From Candidatus Undinarchaeota archaeon (GTDB taxonomy: Archaea; SpSt-1190; JASMDC01): a DNA stretch of 22,895 nucleotides. The stretch spans positions 58,666-81,560 of the forward strand of contig CAZFHY010000020.1 of the NCBI GenBank assembly GCA_964519305.1. The letters run 5' to 3'. The position numbers were made by a program, and so were the translations under genes. Below are positions 14,874-22,895 of this stretch, in pieces. The notes under the pieces were generated by a model. The model did no database searches. It was not told where the DNA came from and was given only the letters and a program-made list of their open reading frames with translations. The first letter of the stretch is position 1, and each line of letters begins with the position of its first letter.

Positions 14874-17800
14874 ATGGGATTCAGTACCAATCGAACAAGA
14901 CATACCTACGCACTATTCATGGCGTTCGTGCTCTGTGCGCTTCTCACATTGGCGACGAGCACCGCAGAGGACGACATGGGTGCGTTCATTTGTGAAGAGA
15001 CAATCGAAGACACGCATCTGAGTATCTTCTGCTATCATACGGAGACCGCCTCTACGATCGGTATCTTCGTCAAGGTGGACGACGCATTTATCGCGGATTT
15101 CCTTTGCGATAAATCCAAGTTAACGTCCGACGAGACTCCAGAAGCGGATTATTGCTGGAGTTCCACGATCGGGAGAGCCACCGTAAAGATACCATTCACT
15201 GCGTACGACGGTAAGCTCGGTAAGCTGAAACTATTTGGCGACCGTGCGGGGAACGCCCCCGACTCTTCCTTGAGCAATCTCAAGACCTATTCATTCGATA
15301 TTACGAAACCAGAGGAAACTGCGGAAGAAGAGGAGACAACCCCTGAATCCCCGACACCCCCGCAGAACATTGAAGCCTATACGAGCAGGTGCACGGACAA
15401 GGTCTTCATCGGTAAGGAATTCACCTATACGTCCGGTAATCCCACTGAAAGGGAAAGAGCAAAGGAGGAAGCCCTTCAATATGCCAGGGACCACTGCCCC
15501 GACTACTGCAAGAAGGGACGACTGGCGGTTTTCGATTACGGGACCGATCCCCCCTACTTCAAGGGACTTCAGGCCTGCTACGACCCCCGTATCTGGGAAC
15601 CCGCTGGCGGCATTGACAGGGACGACTCGAAGGGGACGGATGACGCGGCCCTCGCCGAGGTCAGTGCAAAAGAGATAGAGAGTTGTAAGGCTCTATGCGA
15701 GCAGGTCTATTCAGACAAGGCTGCTACATTGTTCACGCCTTTGATCATGAACTTCCAGCGAAAGGAGGATGTCAACGGCCCCATCAGGTTCGGGTGCTTG
15801 TGCCAGTTCCGATCATGCTCCTGCTGTCACATCCCCGGTAACGATAACTACCCCTATCGCTGGGTCAAGGATGTGGGCACATGCACCGGGGACACTTCAA
15901 ATAAATACGGCCCCGGCCACACCGTCGATCCCAATCTCTGTACGGACGCACCTTTCCACGAGGATAATGAAGGGACATGCGCATTGCCCCGTGCTGTGAA
16001 GCCCGACTGTCTCCACTGCTGCAACAAGGGGACCTCGGATGATCCTGTGTACGACTGGTTGCCTACATCATGTGCTGCAGATGGGTACACGGATGCCGCA
16101 TCCAGGATGGACTGCTGCGAGACCCAATCCAGTGACGGTCTGTCGTGCACCACGTGGAAAGATGCCTCGGGATGCAACGTCATCGAGGATCCTGACACCT
16201 ACACCCTCAAAGGGAAGGTATGTTGCAGGGCCCACGGTGACACCTATGCATGGCTGGACATCGATCCGGACGCCGGTATCACCTGCCCGCTATCGGAACG
16301 GGCTGCAGATCAATCATTATGTGGTCCCAGTGACGACAGTATGGCGTGCTGTGTGCTCAGGAAGGACGACAACACGGCCGATTTCCAATTAATGAGCCGA
16401 GAGGAATGCGCTACCAAGCTCGAGGGCGAGACGGGGGTCATGTTCTCCTCGGAGTACTGTGAGCTAGACATCACGGGTACATGTCAGGGTGACCAGGACC
16501 TGCCGAAGGTCTATCTAGCGGCCATTTATGCCGACGACTGCAAGGACGGCTCTGACGAGCGCAAGATAGAGTGTTATCAGGGTGGATCCGGTTCTACCTG
16601 CGAGACAGTTGAGGGTCAGAACCTCGCCTCCAAGGTGGATCCCGACGAGAAGGCCGAGCTCCGCATCACAGGTGGTAAGAAGGATGATAACGATTGTCAG
16701 GTCACGCTGGTCATGAGCTTGACCGAGCCATCAGATAATGCGGTCCCGGAGTCAGGTATCTGCGATGGTGCCCGCACGTTCGGTGGACACTGTTACAAGA
16801 TGACCGATAAGCTGGAATGGCCCGCTGCGAAATCGAAGTGCGAGGCGTGGAACGCTCATCTCGTGACCATCGACGATGCGCTGGAGAACGAGTTCATCAA
16901 GAAGACGTTCGCTGAGAACCTCTGGATCGGTTACAATGACCGTGAGCAAGAAGGGCGATATGTCTGGACTACGGATCCGGCGACCGGTGACCTACCCGCA
17001 GTCTGTAGCGACGGCTACTTCTACAATGGTCACTGCTACAAACCCATATCGAACACCGATTGGGACGACGCAAAGACCACGTGCGAAGCATGGGGTGGTT
17101 ACCTCGCGACCATCGAGGATGCGGACGAGAACAAGTATATCATGGACCAGTTCAATCAATATACATACAAGTGGATCGGCCTGAACGACAAGACCACTGA
17201 GGGCACATGGGCATGGTCACACGGTGCATCAGATTATCGGAACTGGAAGAACGGCGAACCGAACGACCATGATGGCAACGAAGACTGCATTGAGTTAAAG
17301 GGAGCGGGCAAGTGGAACGACGCGAAGTGCACGAACAAGCATGGTGCGATCTGCGAGTCCGACGGACCCCCGAACACGAACAGGCTCTATTCGAACTGGA
17401 ACAATCACGAGCCGAACAACTGGGGACGCAACGAGGACTGTAGCCAGATCTATACCTCCGGTCTCTGGAACGACAACAATTGCGACCATGATTTCAAGGC
17501 TCTCTGCGAGTCGGAGGATGGTGGTGATCCCGGCTATGTCCTGCGGGTGTTCTTCGCGAACGAAGATGTGAAGGCCGATCAGTACGATGTCGATCCATAC
17601 ACCATGACGATCGCCTATCTCAGGCTCCTGGAGCACCGGCCATCCGCGGAGAAAGGATGCCTCGGGTGCAAGGTCAAGCATGTATACGATGGCGGATTCA
17701 GCGATCCGAACGATGATGATACGACCACCAATGGTATGAAGTATGAAGTGTGCATCTCACCGGATCCCGATCTAACCAGTGGTTGTGACAGGGATGCCTG

Positions 17801-20800
17801 TATCACGCAACTCGAGGGCTTCCTTGGTGATGAGCTCATCAGTATCGAAGCTGGAGCCGCGGACAACCTCAGGATATTCAAGGTCAAGAGCTCGATCCTT
17901 AAAATCGGCGAATGTTCCTTGGACCAGGACGTCATTGGCGAGGATATAGACCACATCACGATAACTGACTATGAAGGTGATGCCGAGCAGAAGACGATCG
18001 CCAACAGGCTCGACAAGATCAAGTGCAAAGAGGGTGGCATCCCGGCCAAGAACAACTTCGCGGACTACCTCAAGGAAGTGAAGACCTTCCAGGAAGGTGC
18101 CCACGAGTTCTACACCGACCTGCACGCCAACCTCATCACGATGCTGGACGCTCTGGAGAAGCAGTGCGACTCATGCAACACTGCGCTCACGGATTTCCTT
18201 GGCACTGGTTACACTGCCTCTGAGAGCACGGGGCAGCAGCAAATCCCCTCGGGTGTTAAGATCAATATCGACGATGTGGAGATCGAGTTCACCTTCGGCA
18301 CGGCCGTCGACCTGGACGACCTGCCAGACAAGGACTCCGAGGACAACGACTTCAACTGCAAGACGGCATTGAAGAACAAGGGCTATCAGAACTTAGTGTT
18401 CTTCCGGACCAAGAACACGAACGATGTCAAGGGATACATGAACAAGAGCAGTACATCAATTCACATCGACCTTGCTCCGGGTGGCACTGATTCGGGCGTC
18501 GCTTCAACCGGTTGCGACTTCACGCGTGACTCCTATGCCTGGATCACATCCGATCCCCCCAGTAGCACCTCCACAGATGTCCCGTCGGTCTGCAGCCCCG
18601 GTGAGTTCTGTGCATGCGATGCGGACCTCGGTCTGGAGACCTATATCACAGAGGACTTCGTAGCCAGTGACGCGTTCGGCCCCGGACTCTGTCATAGGGG
18701 CGTCCAGGAGATCTGCCTAAAGGACAGCCTGACCTTTTGCCCCGCACGGGAAAGCGATATCACGGCCCGAAGTGAGGAGCTAGCCACTGCGATGGGATGC
18801 CCCGTCTGCATCCAGATACCGTGCGTTGCAGGAGTGAAAGTATGGGATGGAAATACAGGCAGCTTGACCTGTGATTCGAACGAGATGAACGAGGAGGACG
18901 ACGGTACAGAAGGGAGTTGTTGTGACACTGATGCTACCGATCCTGACAAGTACGTCTGTTCAGCGCCCGCTGTACCTGACGCGTCCAAGGACCTTGGGTA
19001 CGCAGGAGCGACGAGCAACTGCGCCCTCCCGACCGTTACCGATGACTGTCGTAAGTGCACAAATCCCTGTGACGACGGCTGCTGCGGCTACTGCACCAAC
19101 GATGAGACCGATACGAAGTCCGGTGTGCTCGAGGTCAAGTACCGCACCAACGTCGCCATCGTTCCCGCCAAGCTCGTGGAATGTCAGCAGCAGGTCTCCG
19201 ACCTCAAGGACCTGTGCACGGTTGACGGCGCCGAGGACCTGTACGACGGGATCAAGGCCGGCCCGTGTCGCACGCGGGACACCGTCCAGAACGTCGTCAC
19301 CACGCTCAAGAGCCTCATGGACAAGCTTGCGGAGGGGATCGTCGCCATCGACGCCCTCATCGTGGAGTACGACGGATCCACGACAGAGGATGGGAACGTA
19401 GTGAGCGATAAACTCTCTACCCTGAATGAAAAAATTTCCGATATCGCTAACACCGGCGCATCCGATTTGTTCCGCAAGAACCTCAAGAACTCGGTCGCCA
19501 TGGTCGACAGGATCATCACGGACACTGATGACAAGAACGAGCAGGGTACGGTGACACAGTACCAGGGCATCGAGTCGATCGGGGCAGGGACCGCGGACTG
19601 GAAGTTCAAGGACGAATGCCCCGGCATCATCGACCGGTACCTAGAGCTCGGCTACTCGGGCGACTGTGCTTACAAACCCAAATACCATCTGCCCGAGGAG
19701 CGCGACGCGCTAATCGAACCGTTCTATGAGAATGTACTACAGTACCTCACTGGCCAGCCTGCGAGTTCAGGCCCTCAGCCCTATGCCCGGGACTCCCGGT
19801 GCATCATCGACAGCACCATCACCAGCGACAAGCCGATCGGCCGGTGCGAGATGGGCGGAACCGAGGACAAGACCATCGACGACCAGCAGTTCGATGACTG
19901 GGGCACGAAGCAGGACACTGCGCTGAGCAAGCTCAACGCTATCGACTCTTCGACCACACCAATCCAAGACAACACGCTCCTCTACGAGATCCACCAGTCG
20001 TGCATGTCCTATACGACGACGGGCGGTCAGACCATCACACCTGACACGGACGACGACGTCGATACCGACACGGACACCGACACGGATACTGATACGGACA
20101 CAGATACGGATACGGACACCACCACGATGGGTGTCGGCCAAGGGTGCAACAGGAACAGCGACTGCCCCTCGGGCAACTGTATTAACAGCATCTGTTGCGC
20201 GAACGGTAAGTACTGCTGTCTTTTCGACAGTCAATGCTCGATGTTCGGTACCGACGCCAAGTGCGATTCGAACACATTCTACTGTCGTATGACCGTCGGT
20301 GGCAGTGCATGTCCGTGCGCCGCGAAGATGGACGATGGTGGCGACTGTGACAATAACGATGAGTGCAAGAGCTCGAACTGTAGGAACAACATCTGCTGCA
20401 AGCGTCACGAGCAGTGCTGCGATGGCCCGCAACACTGCGCGACGTCCTCCGGACGGATATGTGGTGGGGATAACTACTGTATAACCGATCCGGACTACAT
20501 CGAGGACGGTTCCTTAGACAACGGTGATCCTTGCACGGACCCGAACCACTGCTTCAGCCGTAACTGCAAGAACGGTATTTGTTGCTCGACCCTCGGTGTA
20601 TGCTGCTCGTCGAACTCCCACTGCCTCGAGAACCTGGGCGAGGTGTGCGACCAGTCGCTCCATTTCTGCATCACTCCCGAACCGACGCCTCCTGAAGAGG
20701 ACCCGAGCACCGATGAGTACTGCGCTGCGTTCTGTCGCAACTCGTGCGATCCCAGCTACAGCGAAGGCCGGTGCCATGTAGAGCTCGGGTACTGCGTCTG

Positions 20801-22763
20801 CAACATAGGTTTCGGGTGGAAGGGTACGAGCCAGAAGTGCGATCCTCCAGAACTGCCCGCTGACGTGAAGAACAAGATGCTCGCGTGCTGCAACAACCTC
20901 TTTGACTTCGATCCTGACACGCCGGGCCTGCCGATCTTCGATGTCCCATCCAATCCATCGTGCGCAAGCGCCGGGGTCTTCGGTGATGGGAAGGTGCACT
21001 TCGACAAGTGCAGATCCAAGTACTCGGAGCTGAACAATTACTGCTGTTTCCAGGGCGAGAGGGAACTACCGCTCACCGAGAAGTGCTACAACATGGACCA
21101 GTACGCGACATGCAGAAGGGCCTGTCAGGACATCTACCCGTCGAACGTGGACGCGTGCGAGACCGCATGCAAGGAAGCGAACATCGACTGCGAGAAGGCC
21201 TGCCTCGAACCGCCCATCCCACAGGACACTGCAACCCGCCTCAAGTGCATGAAGGGCGGGATCACCAGCATGCCTGATTGTGGGGCCAACGATAAGGTGT
21301 ACAATAAGATAATCGGGTGCTTCCAACGTAGCCCCAGCACGTATTCCTTCGACGAGAACGTCAAGTGCGCACAAGCCATGAAAGGGATGCTACCGCGGTT
21401 CACCATATCGAAACTGGGGGTCTACAAGGACGATATCGCCCAGACCACGGTCTATGGCGGTGACGTGGCGGCCGTGAAGGCCGACATCACCAATGCGGGC
21501 GCTCTGTTCTTCAGTGGACGGGTCACGTTCGGAGTGATCGTACTGCCACCATGTCCCGAAGAAGGATGCAACGAGGAGGACTACATCGAGTACTTCACCC
21601 TCGGTACGAACCCGATGGACAACACGATCGACCTCCTCCCTGCGGCCACGGTCGCTCTGGAGAGCGAGCCATTCGACATTGATCCGTCCTGGATAGGTAA
21701 CGAGATATGGGTCATACTGGGCGTTCGTGACATTTCAGGTGCCATCGGTGATTATGACTCGGCGACGGGCGTCAAAGTGCTCAAGATGGGCGTCATCGCA
21801 CCAACGGATGCGTTCTTCAACGATGAGCGGATCATCACAGCTTACCCGTTCCAGGAAGTGACCGGTCACGTGAAGCTCGTGTCCGAGTACTTCCCGCTCA
21901 AGGCCGAGGTCTACCTGACCGACACGAACAACCGCGAGATCGAGGGCACTCGTGTAGCGCACGAGTTCTCGGCCAAGATCTCGGATGAGGTCATCATAAA
22001 GACCAATGCGTTCACGGTGCCCAAAGAGTACGCCTACTTCGGCAACATCCTGCGCATCGGGTTCGAGGCCTTCGACAAGGAAGACCAGCTCGTGGCAAAG
22101 TCCATCCTCTCCACACCGGTGATCTGCGAGACATGTCCGGAAGACTACATCAACGTCCAGATGCAGTATCCCGACGCCTACCTGAAGGTCGAGAACCCAG
22201 AGCTCAAGGTGACCAGCGCGAACTTCATCGACGCGGACGGCGAGCACATCCCAGCGACAGGTCTCTACCAGAGACGGGACGTCAGGGCCCAGGTCACGGT
22301 GCGCAACTCTGTGGACGTGGTCTTCGATGGGACCGTGAAGGTGACCGTACTGGACGAGTCGGGGACCGCGATAACGGCCACCACAGCGGACCTCAAGGAC
22401 AATACGCTGGCCAAGGACGGCAAGTACACGATCACGACCGACGCCTTCCTTGCCGAGGAGGGACACTCGTACAAGACTCTGGTGCACGCGATCGCGGACG
22501 ATGTGGACTGGTTCAAGCGGCAGCTGTCGCGGATCACCTATCCGTACGCGGTGCTGGACGTCCAGGACCTATCCACTGTTCAGGGTGAGGGTCCCAAGGA
22601 CTACACCATCACCTATGCACTGGGGACCTGTGTGCTGCGTGTTGAGTGCACCGCTTGTCTGCCCACCTGCGAGATCCTGGTGGACCAGCCGACGTGCACG
22701 TTCCGCTCAGAGGGCGTGTGCGATCCGCCCGGCGGCACCTGCTCCTGCATAGCGGCAGCGTAA
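14874..22763 (+). CDS. Giant secreted Cys-rich protein with C-type lectin domains (~2629 aa), putative adhesin
   Basis: Uninterrupted 7.9-kb ORF. ATG 14874 gives a signal peptide (RTRHTYALFMAFVLCALLTLATSTA); the track start at GTG 14799 lies upstream of the TATA. Contains CTLD motifs (GHCY, WIG, EPN, WND), a DT tract, Cys repeats and C-terminal beta-sandwich-like domains. Confidence 0.9.
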   Translation: MGFSTNRTRHTYALFMAFVLCALLTLATSTAEDDMGAFICEETIEDTHLSIFCYHTETASTIGIFVKVDDAFIADFLCDKSKLTSDETPEADYCWSSTIGRATVKIPFTAYDGKLGKLKLFGDRAGNAPDSSLSNLKTYSFDITKPEETAEEEETTPESPTPPQNIEAYTSRCTDKVFIGKEFTYTSGNPTERERAKEEALQYARDHCPDYCKKGRLAVFDYGTDPPYFKGLQACYDPRIWEPAGGIDRDDSKGTDDAALAEVSAKEIESCKALCEQVYSDKAATLFTPLIMNFQRKEDVNGPIRFGCLCQFRSCSCCHIPGNDNYPYRWVKDVGTCTGDTSNKYGPGHTVDPNLCTDAPFHEDNEGTCALPRAVKPDCLHCCNKGTSDDPVYDWLPTSCAADGYTDAASRMDCCETQSSDGLSCTTWKDASGCNVIEDPDTYTLKGKVCCRAHGDTYAWLDIDPDAGITCPLSERAADQSLCGPSDDSMACCVLRKDDNTADFQLMSREECATKLEGETGVMFSSEYCELDITGTCQGDQDLPKVYLAAIYADDCKDGSDERKIECYQGGSGSTCETVEGQNLASKVDPDEKAELRITGGKKDDNDCQVTLVMSLTEPSDNAVPESGICDGARTFGGHCYKMTDKLEWPAAKSKCEAWNAHLVTIDDALENEFIKKTFAENLWIGYNDREQEGRYVWTTDPATGDLPAVCSDGYFYNGHCYKPISNTDWDDAKTTCEAWGGYLATIEDADENKYIMDQFNQYTYKWIGLNDKTTEGTWAWSHGASDYRNWKNGEPNDHDGNEDCIELKGAGKWNDAKCTNKHGAICESDGPPNTNRLYSNWNNHEPNNWGRNEDCSQIYTSGLWNDNNCDHDFKALCESEDGGDPGYVLRVFFANEDVKADQYDVDPYTMTIAYLRLLEHRPSAEKGCLGCKVKHVYDGGFSDPNDDDTTTNGMKYEVCISPDPDLTSGCDRDACITQLEGFLGDELISIEAGAADNLRIFKVKSSILKIGECSLDQDVIGEDIDHITITDYEGDAEQKTIANRLDKIKCKEGGIPAKNNFADYLKEVKTFQEGAHEFYTDLHANLITMLDALEKQCDSCNTALTDFLGTGYTASESTGQQQIPSGVKINIDDVEIEFTFGTAVDLDDLPDKDSEDNDFNCKTALKNKGYQNLVFFRTKNTNDVKGYMNKSSTSIHIDLAPGGTDSGVASTGCDFTRDSYAWITSDPPSSTSTDVPSVCSPGEFCACDADLGLETYITEDFVASDAFGPGLCHRGVQEICLKDSLTFCPARESDITARSEELATAMGCPVCIQIPCVAGVKVWDGNTGSLTCDSNEMNEEDDGTEGSCCDTDATDPDKYVCSAPAVPDASKDLGYAGATSNCALPTVTDDCRKCTNPCDDGCCGYCTNDETDTKSGVLEVKYRTNVAIVPAKLVECQQQVSDLKDLCTVDGAEDLYDGIKAGPCRTRDTVQNVVTTLKSLMDKLAEGIVAIDALIVEYDGSTTEDGNVVSDKLSTLNEKISDIANTGASDLFRKNLKNSVAMVDRIITDTDDKNEQGTVTQYQGIESIGAGTADWKFKDECPGIIDRYLELGYSGDCAYKPKYHLPEERDALIEPFYENVLQYLTGQPASSGPQPYARDSRCIIDSTITSDKPIGRCEMGGTEDKTIDDQQFDDWGTKQDTALSKLNAIDSSTTPIQDNTLLYEIHQSCMSYTTTGGQTITPDTDDDVDTDTDTDTDTDTDTDTDTDTTTMGVGQGCNRNSDCPSGNCINSICCANGKYCCLFDSQCSMFGTDAKCDSNTFYCRMTVGGSACPCAAKMDDGGDCDNNDECKSSNCRNNICCKRHEQCCDGPQHCATSSGRICGGDNYCITDPDYIEDGSLDNGDPCTDPNHCFSRNCKNGICCSTLGVCCSSNSHCLENLGEVCDQSLHFCITPEPTPPEEDPSTDEYCAAFCRNSCDPSYSEGRCHVELGYCVCNIGFGWKGTSQKCDPPELPADVKNKMLACCNNLFDFDPDTPGLPIFDVPSNPSCASAGVFGDGKVHFDKCRSKYSELNNYCCFQGERELPLTEKCYNMDQYATCRRACQDIYPSNVDACETACKEANIDCEKACLEPPIPQDTATRLKCMKGGITSMPDCGANDKVYNKIIGCFQRSPSTYSFDENVKCAQAMKGMLPRFTISKLGVYKDDIAQTTVYGGDVAAVKADITNAGALFFSGRVTFGVIVLPPCPEEGCNEEDYIEYFTLGTNPMDNTIDLLPAATVALESEPFDIDPSWIGNEIWVILGVRDISGAIGDYDSATGVKVLKMGVIAPTDAFFNDERIITAYPFQEVTGHVKLVSEYFPLKAEVYLTDTNNREIEGTRVAHEFSAKISDEVIIKTNAFTVPKEYAYFGNILRIGFEAFDKEDQLVAKSILSTPVICETCPEDYINVQMQYPDAYLKVENPELKVTSANFIDADGEHIPATGLYQRRDVRAQVTVRNSVDVVFDGTVKVTVLDESGTAITATTADLKDNTLAKDGKYTITTDAFLAEEGHSYKTLVHAIADDVDWFKRQLSRITYPYAVLDVQDLSTVQGEGPKDYTITYALGTCVLRVECTACLPTCEILVDQPTCTFRSEGVCDPPGGTCSCIAAA
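16761..17510 (+). other. Two C-type lectin domains, one nested in the other
   Basis: Outer N-half at 16761-16976, complete inner CTLD at 17004-17357, outer C-half at 17388-17510. Confidence 0.9.
20061..20120 (+). repeat. (Asp-Thr)10 coding microsatellite (GAYACN)
   Basis: Ten hexamers GAY-ACN with varied third codon positions. Confidence 0.95.
20145..20669 (+). repeat. Three 10-Cys protein repeats
   Basis: Pattern C-x5-C-x4-C-x4-CC-x5-CC-x5-C-x7/8-C-x5/6-C occurs three times (CNRNSDCPSGNC..., CDNNDECKSSNC..., CTDPNHCFSRNC...). Confidence 0.9.
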
Positions 22764-22788
22764 GAAAGGGGTCATATGAAGGGGGTTC

Positions 22789-22821
22789 CCTCCGGGCGGG
22801 CCGACAGGGCCCGTCCGGGGG
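22789..22821 (+). terminator. GC-rich stem-loop downstream of the giant gene (terminator or 3' stability element)
   Basis: CCTCCGGGCGGGCC-GACAG-GGCCCGTCCGGGGG forms a 14-bp stem with two G-U pairs, 25 nt after the stop. There is no U-tract on the plus strand. Confidence 0.4.
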
Positions 22822-22895
22822 ATGACAATAAATAGTTCTCGGTACAGAGCGAGTCCGAGAAGTGCCCGTCCATGCCGGGTGTTGAGCGCACCCCA

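Noticed and set aside
22771-22826. Archaeal SECIS element
   Set aside because: The upstream gene has no in-frame TGA and ends in TAA, and the GAA/A motif geometry is not met.
22872-22895. Possible start of a next plus-strand gene (MPGVERTP...)
   Set aside because: Only eight codons are visible at the window edge, which is not enough to support a call.

Overview
GC-rich archaeal genomic window. The archaeal call rests on BRE/TATA promoters about 30 nt upstream of several start codons, an archaeal-type endonuclease IV, a COG2512-type membrane HTH protein and an 'RGQ' class III signal peptide; a DPANN-like lineage is my inference only. The window has three parts. (1) 1-2409: two translationally coupled paralogs built from an unfamiliar acidic 42-aa helical repeat. 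(2) 2413-8535, minus strand: endonuclease IV, a GT-C (PMT/ArnT-like) glycosyltransferase, a Cys-repeat lipoprotein, pdxT, pdxS, a HAD phosphatase and a membrane protein with a Tyr-rich tail. (3) 8646-22763, plus strand: a cell-surface locus with a membrane-anchored HTH regulator, a ~1026-aa Ig/Cys-rich secreted protein carrying an ~88-aa inserted domain, a ~640-aa class III (pilin-type) signal peptide protein and a ~2630-aa Cys-dense secreted protein. The giant protein holds one complete C-type lectin domain nested inside the long loop of another (both EPN/WND), plus a (DT)10 tract, three 10-Cys repeats, an EGF-like module and C-terminal Ig-like domains. This locus is the best candidate for an undescribed glycan-binding attachment apparatus. 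I found no RNA genes, CRISPR arrays or transposases.
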